Below, piece by piece: positions 46,066-58,801 of a stretch of DNA of 64,000 bases. The position numbers and the translations under genes were made by a program. Source of the stretch: Neoechinorhynchus agilis (lineage: Eukaryota; Animalia; Acanthocephala); contig CM121341.1 in assembly GCA_051530055.1 (NCBI GenBank), positions 18,330,784 to 18,394,783 on the forward strand, read 5' to 3'. How positions within the stretch are numbered: position 1 is the first letter of the stretch; each line of letters begins with the position of its first letter. The notes below the pieces were generated by a model. That model did no database searches, was not told the DNA's origin, and saw only the letters and a list, made by a program, of their open reading frames with translations.

Positions 46066-46959
46066 TCAACAATGACAAGCGTTGCACCTGTTGCAAACCT
46101 TTCCAGCGGCGTTCTTGTAGTAAGAACGAAGGGGCACCGAATTTTGTTTGCGCACAACGTTCACCTGCTTTTCGTAGCTGGAACAGATTCCTGAACCTCT
46201 TTCCTCACAAATCGGTTCCTGTGCAGTGCCCTCGCGACCTTCCTGAATTGAACTTTGCATTGACTCCGATTTCGGCTGGAGGAATGTTATTCGAACCACT
46301 GGCATCGCAAAGGCCGGCGCTGAGGGTGCTTTTTGCACCGATGGCTCAAAAACTGGTTCCATTTTGCCGACTGGCTCGGGTTCGCAAAATGTTTCCTGTT
46401 CGTATACTGGTTCCTCTTTGAACACTGGCATCCTTTGAATGCATTGTTGACAAACTGGCTCCGGTTCGCAAACCGCCGTCATTTGAGAGCATTGTTGGCA
46501 AACAGGCTCCGGTTCGCAGACTGACGTCCTTTGAGAGCACTGTTGGCAAACTGGCTCCGGTTCGCAGACTGGCGTCCTTTGAGAATATTCTTGACAAACT
46601 GTCTCCGGTTCGCAGACCGGCGTTCTTTGAGCGCGTTGTTGACAAACGGTCTCCGGTTCGCAGACCGCCGTCCTTTGAGCGCATTGTTGACAAACTGTCT
46701 CCGGTTCGCAGACCAGCGTCCTTTGAACGCATTGTTGACATTCTGTCTCCGGTTCGCAGACTGACTTCCTTTGAGCGCATTGTTGACCGCGTCTATTAGG
46801 TGTTCGTTCCACCACAACTTTGAACGCTCGAGCGATGCTCTCAGCTGGTTCAACACCGCATATCGGTTCTTCTCTACATTCCACTGCTATGCCGCATTGT
46901 CCGGCGCAGGATGCAATGGCGATTATAACAGAAGCGAAAACGATAACGTAGAAGTTCAT
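46066..46959 (-). CDS. Secreted Cys/Gln/Glu/Pro-rich protein with seven 16-aa tandem repeats
   Basis: ATG start, hydrophobic signal peptide, 48-bp in-frame repeats VCEPETVCQQCAQRTx (~46426-46785), C-terminal CNRCNACHC. Single exon. Confidence 0.8.
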   Translation of the reverse strand: MNFYVIVFASVIIAIASCAGQCGIAVECREEPICGVEPAESIARAFKVVVERTPNRRGQQCAQRKSVCEPETECQQCVQRTLVCEPETVCQQCAQRTAVCEPETVCQQRAQRTPVCEPETVCQEYSQRTPVCEPEPVCQQCSQRTSVCEPEPVCQQCSQMTAVCEPEPVCQQCIQRMPVFKEEPVYEQETFCEPEPVGKMEPVFEPSVQKAPSAPAFAMPVVRITFLQPKSESMQSSIQEGREGTAQEPICEERGSGICSSYEKQVNVVRKQNSVPLRSYYKNAAGKVCNRCNACHC

Positions 46960-47989
46960 TTGAGTTCACGAGTTAGCTCTTGATGATCGATGATTAGCCG
47001 ATCCGATCTGCCTTCCTTTATACCCAAGGTGTTTTGAAAACAGGTTCTACTGACATTGAACAACTATCATCAGTTTATCCGGCCTATTGTTTATAAACTA
47101 TAGGTTATTTTGTAAATGTGGATTGTTTTCTATGTTTAGAGACAATTTCTTCTATTTGGTTAATTAAATGGCAAGCATTGAAAGTTAAACGCCTTAGTGA
47201 AAATCTTTTACAGGGAGCCGAATAATTGGAAAAACAATAGCCGATTAAAATGGAGATTTGTTCAGAAGTTAAAGTTCATTAGCAACAAATCAATCAAAAG
47301 TATTCTATACTATCCTCTTTAGCTCATTATGTGTTAATTGAGTATTAAGGCGAAAAAATAGCATGGCGTTTGCGCAAAATATCTTTCCTCTCATACATAA
47401 CTGTGTTCAGGCGGCATTTCTTTTCCATGCTTCTGAATCATCATCTGTTATAGTGAAAAGCAGGAAAATAACTGTAAATTCTTGAAAGAGAAGGAGAGGA
47501 GACGTGAAGAACTATAAAGAAAAATAAAAGTAAAAACGGTGAATTTAAAGGAATGTGAATTTAATTCTTCGAAAAGATGGGGTGATGAAAAAATCGGAAA
47601 ATATAGGGAAAGGTCCTGAATGTTGGAGGATACGGCTCGAAATTGATATTTCAGAAATTTAATCCAAGAAGGAATTGTTGAAATTTAATAGGGTAGTTTT
47701 ATATGCGAAATTGAAGGAACGGACGAGCGTTAAAAAATAGGATAGATTATATTGAGGACTGCATTCGGGCGGTAGTATATGTCGTTATTTAGGTCGCTTG
47801 TCGACACTCGATGGAGATCGTTAAAGACGAATACATTTCGATTGATTCAATCAGTCATTGTCAATTTGTCACAACACACACCGCATGATTGTTCGTTTTG
47901 ACTCGGGAACCAGGGATCGTCAACTCCGTAGGTGAAGACCAGCTTCCCTAGGTGTATTTAGGCCAACTATAGGTAGTAGGAGGGAAACT

Positions 47990-48255
47990 TCTTCCTCAGG
48001 TGTCGAAAAGCGTCCAAAATAACAAAACATGGGCAGCCTTATTTCCTCGCCTGTTCCCTCGGTTGTAGTTTCTCTAGGCTGAATGAAGAAAGGGACAGTA
48101 GGAATCTCAATAATCCAGACAAAAACTTGACAGCTCCTGTCGAAAAATGAACGGCCTAATTTCACCGCTATTACTCTCCAAGCCCGTTCCCTTCGCTGTA
48201 GTTTCGTCAGGCTGAATGAAGAAAGGGACGGTAGGAATCTCAATAATCCATTCAT
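47990..48255 (+). repeat. Dispersed repeat with internal tandem subunit (also 35870-36105)
   Basis: GGCTGAATGAAGAAAGGGAC.GTAGGAATCTCAATAATCCA occurs twice. Confidence 0.7.
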
Positions 48256-48573
48256 GAACGTCACTTATAAGATGGCGAGAGATTTGGTTAAAGAAGAATT
48301 GATTAAAACTCGTTTAATAAAGGTTTTAACGGATAAAATTAAAAATGACATGTGCATAAAATATTTATAAACATTTATAGAGCGTTCAGCGAGGGACCCT
48401 ACCCATATCAGCCATTAGCTGGCGTTTTAATGAGCATCTTTAGCATTCAGAGCATTATGTAGAAATCACAATGATTCAACATTCAAATTTGAAAAAAAGA
48501 TTTGTATCATGCAAACAATTCTTATGCGGACTAAATACGTGAAAGGAAGTTAAATGTGAATGTAGCGAAATCG

Positions 48574-50552
48574 CTACAAATCTTTACTTCTTAGAGCCCA
48601 TACTACCAGATTTAGACTGGAAGATATAGCGCAACAAATCGGTACAACTGCAAGTAATAATTCTTGATTTCCTGTAGATTGAATCGATAATCCTGTCAAA
48701 GCTGTACCGACGATAGCTCCTATTCCTCGAAAAGCAAGACATATTGACACTTCATCGAAACAATCAGCACCATCTACTATCTCATCGATTGAAGCAGCCA
48801 TGCACACAAAAGTAGTTCCAGTGCAAATTCCATTACAAATCGTATAAAGCAACAAGACGGAGGACGAGCGAACGTTACGGACGAAGGTGGCGATTATGCC
48901 CAGAACGCATTGAGCGAATGCGGTGACGCAGACTGGTCTTGTCTGATACTCACATATTATCCAGTTTATTGATATTTTTGATGCGACCATGAACATTCCT
49001 ATGTGGATTTTTGTCAATTTTAGTAGATTCCTACGAAAGTATGCTTATCGATTCGCGCATTTAAAAATATGTAAAAAGATTGTAAGCGGAATTCGGCCAA
49101 TTTGTTTCCAACAATTATAAAGGAACCATCGTTTCTTGAGAAATTTGGTAACAGTTTGTTTATTTTTCTGCGCGGATCAACAAACGCTATGAATAGACGT
49201 CTTACCTGTTGCGCACAAATGGACTAGCGGACTGATGAATACGACATTTTTTTCAAAGCTGTTTCTTGATTCGGCCAAACACGGTATAAAATGGAGATGA
49301 CTGTAGAATGCAGCTGCGAAGAAAAATTCACTGGTTCTTGAAATATAAATTTTTATTCGAGAAGTAGAAGTTCCATACTCGCTAAATAGATAAAACGTGT
49401 CTGGTATTATCCTGTATTTGTTTGTTAGATGGAATCCATTGTTAATATCATCAAATCTTCTGTACGTAAAAAAGAAAGGTGAGCAGTTTTATTATGTGCA
49501 AACCTTGCTAGTCGATTTCGAACATGAGGTCTTCCGATTAGAACAGTCGGAATCAGCCCATGAAAGATCAATCCAGCTATTAATAATAATGTACTAGTCC
49601 AATAAAAGTCGCTAGCTATCCATTTTATAAAAATCGGTACGATTATACAGCCGATGGATGACGACAAAAGTCCATAGTCTAAATAGTAAAGAATTTTGGC
49701 TATATTAAAGTGAATCGTATTATTCCCGGGAAGATTTTGTTCAATGCCTAGATTGGAATTCTACTGAACTTAGATTAATATTATGAGCAATTATTCCAAT
49801 TGAGCATCGTTCGCAAAAACAAAAAGGGAAACCCTACATTTATCCTTTTTTCTTGCACAAACCGAATATCTTATTGTTGCGAATATTGAATGGAAAAATT
49901 CTACCCGAGACTTGCTTTAAGGATATTTAAAATCCACCTATCTTTGAAAAAGGCGAAATTCTAACAAACGCTGAACGTAATTGCCTCGATCTCGACCACG
50001 ATCAACATTGATCAAATATACAATAATGATTGATTGTCCCTAAAAGAGATTGGTTCATACTTGTTGCGTTCGCAAGGGAATTGTTCACATATAATCCAAC
50101 GGCAGCGTCCACAGAGTAATACCATAGTGCAAGGCCAGTTCCGCCAATGATACCAAATAAATAGGAAAAAGTAAACGTCGATGACGCCGTGATGGACAAA
50201 ACAATTGCAATGAACGCCATGAGTACACCAATCAACGAACAGGTTCGGCATCCAATCCGATTGATGATTGGTACAACGGTGGGACCTGTTTGAACAAACT
50301 TGAAACGTAGCGCTAATTTCGAGGTAAAGGTATCAAACCTGCAATGAGAATGATTAGATGGACTAGAGATGAGTGCATCATAGACCCTGTGATAGTAGAA
50401 TTCATCTCAGATTGAACGCGTTTGGCCAGGATGGGATTAGCGACAAGCAATCCATCGATGATAAATCTCGTTAGGACGTACGCCAAGGTGAATCTAACTC
50501 TATCGATTGAATATTGCTTTTGTACCTTTCGTTCAAACGCCGTTAAAACCAT
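48574..50552 (-). CDS. MFS monocarboxylate transporter (SLC16-like), multi-exon
   Basis: FIIDG (TM1), GPTVVPIINRIGCRTCSLIG, YLFGIIGGTGLAL, WTSTLLLIAGLIFHG, YTICNGICTG, FRGIGAIVGTALTG. Short introns. Confidence 0.85.
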
Positions 50553-50703
50553 TTTAACAAGAAAAGGTTAGGGTTAAATTTAGACATTTATGTGTGCCAA
50601 TTTACGTGACCCATTCCGTTTTAACGTGATCCTACTTGTGAAGTTAGCAAGAAATCTTTAAAGCACGTTTTAAAATTTTGATATTCTCATGTTTAATAAC
50701 ATT

Positions 50704-52454
50704 AGCAAAAACATGTACAAATGGGATTTTATAACGCTTACAATCATTATTAAAAAAGGGGGATCTTTCCCCAGCCTCGCCTCTTAAGAAAATGCAACTT
50801 TGTTTTGTATTTGTGAGACTGAGTCAGGAATTTCGATTTTTTACCGTCTAACTTAACAATGCGAAAAGTATGAACGTCAGCGCGATGCTCACTTGTAGCT
50901 GATGCAAATGGGGGCATACAAGTTTCCAATGTCACAATTAATTGCAGTACTTTGTGTTCAGAGAGTTGTTTTGAACTCTGCTCTAGGATCTACATTTCTC
51001 AAAGTCGCAGCAATTGCGAGAAGGATTAGGTGGTTGGGTGTGATGGCATGCCCTTCTGTGGGAATCATGAAGACGATTCTGGCTGGCGCATTCTGCTTTT
51101 TTGGGAGAGAAAGGCAGCCAGAGTTGCGGATAGATTTTGGCGTCTGGTTTATCAAACGAGTATGGTAAGTTTTGAAAGATTTGGAAACATCAATAAGAGA
51201 ATCGATGGAATCGTTTTTATGGCGTATCTTTATAACAAAGATCTGGAATTAACCACACATCTTAACACCCTCACAAGGAGTGGTATTTGAGGAAGAGTAA
51301 TTCTGCAGCGATGGCAATACCCTGTAATTCGATTGTGCTTTATCGTAAATTCTACTTTGTAAAGCCCAACTGTCCCATGGTCTTTCATGAGCTTCAGATC
51401 GCTTTCGCGCTTTATCCTATCTACTAATCGAATTAAGCGATGATGTGTGATCTTTGATTGTTTTGACAGCCTATTCATTTTTCACTACATTTTTTGGGCG
51501 CTGGTGGTTTGACTTATGCCGAAATGCTACTTGACCTCGATGTGTCTTCTTTTTCCTTTCTTAGGTCAGGCTGTCCAGTATGATGATCGGTGAGCGTTGT
51601 GTATCCCTCAGGAGGCGACAATTCTGCTATATCCACAAATCCGGGGACAAAGATTCTCTTATATCCATGGACCGCACAGTACGCTTCGAATTTTTAGTTC
51701 AGCGGTATCTTTGGCACTATTGAGAGAAATTTTGCTTATATTCCTAGTCGGCAGTTCTGCCAAGACCTTTGTCTTTTGCCTGGGTTGATGCCCTTAGCGC
51801 CAAATCTTTATTCCATTCTTTGTCGAAATGCAAAAAAGTCGTATTTTCATTGATAAAATTTGCCCTCTCAACGCTGCTATTAGAGGCTTTTCTTGTTTTA
51901 TCAGCATGCATTTGTAGAGTTTTAAGCTTGGCAATTCAAATAATACGGGTAAATCCTCTTGAATGACACTGCCTTCTTTGTCGTCACGCGTTGAAGTTAG
52001 CCAATGATTGCTTTTGACATTGCTCACTTCTTTAATCATTCTGCCACTATCAGGTATTGGCTCTACTCGCGAATCTGAAGATTCTTGCAAGACCAGTAAA
52101 TCCTTCGGAACTGTTCGATTGGTTTTATCTAATGCATTAATAATTGCTCTCCCACTTAGTTTGTTCAGAGACTTCCAATACTTTATCGGTCTGCGTTTCT
52201 TTAAAACTCTCGGATTTCGGTAGTGATAAATACTTTTTTAGGGTATCTCTTGCGATTTCATTGTGACTAATGACGCTTTCTGATTGGTTTTCTTCAAGAT
52301 CATGTCTTACTTCGGCTTTCGTTGCACTTTTACACATAATGTCGCTTTGATTCTTCGTAAGGTACTTATTCTGCGGTTCGAGCGTTTTGAATGATAAACT
52401 ATATTTAAAATTTAGTTTCAATTAACGATGTTTGATTCAGAAATAGATTTATCT
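50704..52454. repeat. 1751-bp duplicated segment, copy 2
   Basis: Near-identical to 30431-32181; ends within the PLE terminal sequence. Confidence 0.95.
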
Positions 52455-53250
52455 ATAAACCATGACTAAAGAAAACTATAAAGATGTCAAAAGGTTTTAG
52501 GAGCATCGATCTCAACAGGCGAAGGGGATATTATCTTCAACGTCATTTTGTCAAACAAGAAGTAAACCCCTTAAAGACAATAGGAATAAAAACGCAACGT
52601 TCTCCCACTCTATTGGAAAAGCATTTAATTTAAGTTTGGTTAAAATTCTAAAGGTTTGTTTAGCTAGAACACAAAATGTTTCTCATGTTGTCATAAAAAT
52701 TCAGCAACTAAATCTTTTTAGTGAGCGAAAATGAAACGTTAAAATTTAAGTCCTGCGCGCAATAGTTCATTTGATTTTCTAAAGTATCAATCGTGAACAA
52801 TCCTTCATTGTAATTTAAATTTCTGTACTGAACTCAGCGATTTGTCTTTCGTTTAAACTTTAGAGGCAAGAAGTTAAATTATTCATGAAAGACAGAATTC
52901 AGTTGCAATATGGATTTGCAATTACGTGAGACATTGATTGGTAATATTAATCTCGTCTGGGAACTTGGAATCAGCCTTTAAATACTTGTCAAGCTCTACC
53001 ATTATGGATCTAAGTCAGTAAAGTGCTATATCATTTATAGGTTCTGTCCTATACGAGTACAGTTGAATAAATTTAAGGCCAACATGAGCTACACAAAAAT
53101 AAACGAATTTAATCGATACTTTTCTAGTCTTGTATTGCAGCGGCGATTACCGAACGAGCGAGTGCTAATCAACGACGACATGTTGTCATTTTGTGGAATT
53201 AGTTCATGCTTCCAAGAAATGTACGAATTTGAACAAGAACGCTGCGCCAA

Positions 53251-55300
53251 CTGCCAAGGGCAGCATACGTCTTCTATAGGAGTTGTCCGGAATTGAAAAT
53301 GTACTGGATGTGGGCAAAAAACAGGGAAAATCTCGCTTGAACTCAGAGCAATAAAGTTGATCGACCAAGCAAGGAAAAGAGGAGTTTCTCAAAGCGTTAC
53401 AGGTTCCAGCGAGGATTGCCCAAAACAGCCAAAGAAGAATTAGGCAAAATTTAATACTTCAACTTCTCACATGCAATCGCTGGCGCGACGGGCTGCCGCA
53501 GACGATTTAGTCATTTTTGCAAATAAAACTCATACTTCAAGACATCCCTATGCGCTATCTGCCAAGGGCAGCATACGTCTTCTATAGGAGTTGTCCGGAA
53601 CTGAAAATGTACTGGATGTGGGCAAAAAACAGGGAAAATCTCGCTTGAACTCAGAGCAATAAAGTTGATCGACCAAGCAAGGAAAAGAGGAGTTTCTCAA
53701 AGCGTTACAGGTTCCAGCGAGGATTGCCCAAAACAGCCAAAGAAGAACTAGGCAAAATTTAATACTTCAACTTCTCACATGCAATCGCTGGCGCGACGGG
53801 CTGCCGCAGACGATTTAGTCATTTTTGCAAATAAAACTCATACTTCAAGACATCCCTATGCGCTATCTGCCAAGGGCAGCATACGTCTTCTATAGGAGTT
53901 GTCCGGAATTGAAAATGTACTGGATGTGGGCAAAAAACAGGGAAAATCTCGCTTGAACTCAGAGCAATAAAGTTGATCGACCAAGCAAGGAAAAGAGGAG
54001 TTTCTCAAAGCGTTACAGGTTCCAGCGAGGATTGCCCAAAACAGCCAAAGAAGAACAAGGCAAAATTTAATACTTCAACTTCTCACATGCAATCGCTGGC
54101 GCGACGGGCTGCCGCAGACGATTTAGTCATTTTTGCAAATAAAACTCATGCTTCAAGACATCCCTATGCGCTAACTGCCAAGGGCAGCATACGTCTTCTA
54201 TAGGAGTTGTCCGGAATTGAAAATGTACTGGATGTGGGCACAAAACAGGGAAAACCTCGCTTGAACTCAGAGCAATAAAGTTGATCGACCAAGCAAGGAA
54301 AAGAGGAGTTTCTCAAAGCTTACAGGTTCCAGCGAGGATTGCCCAAAACAGCCAAAGAAGAAAGGCAAAATTTAATACTTCAACTTCTCACATGCAATCG
54401 CTGGCGCGACGGGCTGCCGCAGACGATTTAGTCATTTTTGCAAGTAAAACTCATGCTTCAAGACATCCCTATGCGCTAACTGCCAAGGGCAGCATGTTTG
54501 GTTGTGGTTGAAAATATGGATGTGGGCAAAAACGGGAAAACCGCATTACAGGTTTTAGCGAGGATTGCTCAAAACAGCCAAAGAAGAAAAAGGCAAATTT
54601 TATTACTTCAACTTCGCATATGCATTTGCTGGCGGCGCAACGGAATGTCGAGGACGATTTAGTCGAAATGCAACACTCATGCTTCAAGGCGTCCCTATGC
54701 GCTAACTGCCAAGGGCAGCAAACGTCTTCTATTGAGGTTGTCCGGAATTGAAAATGTACTGGATGTGGGCACAAAACAGGGAAAACCTCGCATGAACTCA
54801 GAGCAATAAAGTTGATCGACCAAGCAAAGAAAAGAGGAGTTTCTCAAAGCATTACAAGTTCCAGCGAAGATTGCCCAAAACAGCCAAAGAAGAATAAGGC
54901 AAAATTTAATACTTCAACTTCTCACATGCAATCGCTGGCGCAACGGGCTGCCGCAGACGATTTAGTCATTTTTGCAAGTAAAACTCATGCTTCAAGACAT
55001 CCCTATGCGCTATCTGCCAAGGGCAGCATACGTCTTCTATAGGAGTTGTCCGGAATTGAAAATAAATGGATGTGGGCAAAAAACAGGGAAAACCCCGCTT
55101 GTACTGAGAGCAAAAAAGTTGATCGACCAAGCAAAGAAAAGAGGAATTTCTCAAAGCATTACAAGTTCCAGCGAAGATTGCTCAAAACAACCAAAGAAGA
55201 AAAAGGTAAAATTTAGTACTTCAACTTCTCATATGCAATGTCTGACGGCGCAACGGGCTGCCGCAGATGATTTAGTCGAAATGCAAGTAAAACTGATGCG
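53251..55300 (+). repeat. Tandem array of ~7 units, mostly 308 bp
   Basis: The unit anchor CTGCCAAGGGCAGCA occurs at 53251, 53559, 53867, 54175, 54480, 54706 and 55014 (periods 308, 308, 308, 305, 226, 308). Confidence 0.95.
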
Positions 55301-55392
55301 CGCAGAAAACGAAAGCAGGAAACTTTGGAAAATTGCAACGTTCAAAAAGAATAATTTTTATCCATCGATAGAAAATCCTTCGGGATAATAAA

Positions 55393-55594
55393 ATTACACT
55401 TTCGGTGAGAATAATCCCGGTCATTACATATTTTATTTATTCGAAATATTTCGCGAGGTATCCTCGCCTCTTCAGTCATTGTTTGCAAGTTTTTTTCAAT
55501 GCAAACAATGACTGAAGAGGCGATGATACCTCAGGAAATATTTCGAATAAATGAAATATGTAGTGGCCGGGATTATTCTCACCGAAAGTGTAAT
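55393..55594. repeat. Fold-back double-hammerhead element
   Basis: ATTACACTTTCGGTGAGAATAATCCCGG...CCGGGATTATTCTCACCGAAAGTGTAAT. Minus core CTGAAGA-G-GCGAGG-ATA-CCTCGC-GAAATATTTC. Confidence 0.85.
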
Positions 55595-56208
55595 AATTTT
55601 TATATTAAACAAATTAAGTTCGGTTGATTCGGGATTTATTGGCGGTCATCATCCTGGAAACCCTCAAGTTTAATTGAATTTTAATTATATTGAAAGGAAA
55701 AATATTGAATGTCAACGATGAATCCAGTGCTTCACATTGCGCAGTGATATTTAGGAGCAGCGCAATGTTGAGAACGGCAACAGATTTCGAACTAGCGATC
55801 GATCGTGATATAACGATGTTAAACTTATGGAAGAAATTTGTCTTTAATTAATCGTTTGTTTTTACTTGGCTAAAGATCAAATGCATGGGTGAAACTCGTG
55901 CTTCAAGGCATCCCCGCAAACGAATTACGGACATGTTGTCAAAGATGCAGAGCGGTCCGTAGAGGGAAGCAGGAAGCTTCGGAAAATCGCAACGCTCAAG
56001 AATGATTCTACCACTAAACAAACTAAGTACGGGAAATTCGGGATTTATCAGCAACTCCTTTGCTTCGCAAACTTTATGTAAAAAAGACACATTAAATCTT
56101 TTTTGATTATTTCTGATAAAAATTAAAGATGCAACTTGCTTTTGAATAAAATTTAAACTATACATGTATAAAATAATCCTGGAATGCACAGGCTTTCGTT
56201 ACATTTCA

Positions 56209-57840
56209 TTATATCCTTGAAACTCGTTCTACAATTGAGTTCACAACATCACTGATGATTGTATGATCGAAATTGACAGTACATAAAGTATATTGGGCTG
56301 TCACGGCCAGCATTTCAGCAGTAGTTTTCGTTTCTCCGTATACTTTAGTGACGGAGTTACACGGTTGAAGTAGTGGCGGAGTAGGGTTATGAAATCGTAT
56401 TTGACGAGCTGTGGATGCCAGCGAACGTGGTCTCTTTTGTCGTATTTCACAATTTGACACTTCTTGAGCTGGGGATAATTGTCGATGCGGTCGTGCAATC
56501 TGCGAAGACTGATGAGTAGGGCATGGATGGCGAATAGGTGTTGAATGGTAAGCATGGTGGTTTGGATTGATGAGTGGAGCGAATCGATAATGTGAGTTGT
56601 TTTGGGTGTATTGCTGCATTATACCGTGATTCCAGCATATATGATTGCCCGGTGGACGATAATTGAAAGGAACGGTAGGATGGTAAGGTTGGAATGCACT
56701 GGAGGTCTCACCGTAGTGAATTGGACGGTGCCACCCATTGTACGGAAGGGCGTGAAATGGATAAAATTGCGACGAATAAGAGGGTGTTGTGCGGTTTTCA
56801 TTTTGAAAGGCTGAAAGTTGTGCCGAATTATTTTCTGATCCCATGTCAAAGACTTCCTTTTTCAACTCTTTTTCCTTGGTCGGGGAAATTTCACGTTTCC
56901 TTTCACACTTTCTTTCATTAGATTCCAGAATTCTCTTATGAACTGATAATCGTTCATCCTTCAAATCAAAATATAGCCTAAGTGGCGCCGATTTGTCCCA
57001 CTCACATAGATCGCATAACTCACTGACTGTCATTTGATCACCAATGATCGGTCCAACGCGTCCATTCTTTTTAACAGCCCGTAATTCGATTCGAGATTCA
57101 TCGCAAATACCAAGTTTTTGACGAATAAATTTGCATAAGACTCCAGCAGGCATGTAAAGTTCCACTTGATAAAACATGCGCTCTATAATACGCTGCTTTT
57201 CGGTAATGGCACCCCCATAAGCGCAAAGAACGATACAAATATATTCCTTCGATTCCACAATCTCATTCTCTTCTTCTGACTTTTCCGTCTCACTTTCTTC
57301 ACTCATTTCAACTTCGCTTGATTTCGCTATCATGAACGTGGTGATCACCTCTTCGAGAGATTTGTCGATGCTAAATTGGAAAAAGTCGATGTTTATGATG
57401 GAATTTTCGATTTTTTAAATTTAAACAATTTATTGTGACATCATTAAAATCGTCGTAAAAACGGTCTAATTATTTTTTAGGTGAGGATTTTTCGGCAGCA
57501 ATTTTTTATTTTTAGAGGTAAAAAATCCAAATTTTATTTGAATAGCAGTCTACACTGACCTTACGTCCAACCAAGGTTTTAAGGCGTTCATTGGAGTATC
57601 ACAGACAGGACATGAATACACTCTTAGGTTTTGAATTTCCTTCAACAGACAAGATTTACAAACTGAAGAAAAAATAGGCGTACAATTTTTAATTTTAAAA
57701 ATCATACCAGCGTGAAAGCAATCCTTAATTCTCACAGGTTCTTGTAATAACCCTTTACAAATCGGACAGGTCAAAAGCTCCTTTATTCTATCTATTGATG
57801 ACGATGCGTCCATTCGGTTTTGTATTTGTGGGGAACGCAT
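56209..57840 (-). CDS. PCGF: Polycomb group RING finger protein (PCGF/BMI1/Psc-like)
   Basis: LTCPICKGLLQEPVRIKDCFHA|VCKSCL...CPVC RING (45-nt intron 57663-57707). RAWUL-like ...MPAGVLCKFIRQKLGI... followed by a low-complexity tail. Confidence 0.85.
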
Positions 57841-58186
57841 CGACTATGGATTATACGCACTGCTTAGGTAGCAAAGCCCAAGCGGTTTGCAAGTGGCAGT
57901 AAATAATATTTAATGACTGGATGCAGCAAGGCAACGTTGGTAAGCGCGCGGTTTCGGTAGTGCCGAAATTTAAAAAACTACATGAAAGGGAGATTGCTCC
58001 TTTTCAAAACGGCGGAATCTAGATATGAAGTGGTATCAGGTTTGAGAAATGGTGTGACGTTTATTTCTCAGAGGCTAGAAATACTTTCCCAACAGCAATG
58101 ATCATTCTAAGAGCATTACGGAATCCATTTTCTAATACTAAATCATAATCCGTGTGTTGATATGTGAGGAGGTGCCAGGGTATATG

Positions 58187-58394
58187 ATTAGAAGTATTAT
58201 TTAGATCTTCTTCACCCGGTAAATATTTTTTTATTAAAAACGTGTTGAACCTCGTCGGGTTCATCATCAGTTTGTTAGTTGATCTTGAGCGTTTTATAAT
58301 GACTAAAAACTGATGATGGACCCGACGAGGCTCGAAACGCATTCAATAAAAAAAATATTTACCGGGTGAAGAAGGCCTAAATAATATTTCTAAT
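58187..58394. repeat. Fold-back double-hammerhead element (ACGT-palindrome subfamily)
   Basis: About 85-bp inverted arms. Cores CTGATGA-T-GAACC-CGACGA-GGTTC-CAACACGTT (minus, GAAA mutated) and CTGATGA-T-GGACC-CGACGA-GGCTC-GAAACGCA (plus). Confidence 0.82.
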
Positions 58395-58801
58395 ACGAGT
58401 ATTTGTTCAGAAATTCATATCCATTAAACAACATCATACTTTGCTTTAGAAATGCTTTTTGACTAAAGTGATGGAAATCTTTTTGTTTCATGAGGTGCTT
58501 TGTGCTGCCAATGGCTGATTTTTTGACTTCTTCGAAATTGTCTGAAATGCTTTTTACTGGAATTGGTTATTTTGTCAACAAATATCTCTGGAACAACAAT
58601 TGATTTTAAATCTTTTTGCTGCGCGACTTGATGAATGCGGCATATTTCTCGACTATTCATACATCAAGATTTTTGTCTTGAATTTTGGATCAGCAATGGT
58701 CCCATTTTCGGGCTTTTACTCTTTAAAAACTGCTTTTTGATAATGATAGGCGCTTAAAAGAGCCCTTAACTGCTTCAGTAATTTAATTGTAATAATTTCT
58801 C

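Noticed and set aside
48170-48240. Twister ribozyme suggested by CCAAGCCCG
   Set aside because: The other conserved twister elements and pseudoknot partners could not be found.
53251-55300. CRISPR-like array or coding repeat protein
   Set aside because: The context is eukaryotic, whole units repeat with no unique spacers, and the 308-bp period breaks the reading frame and contains stops.
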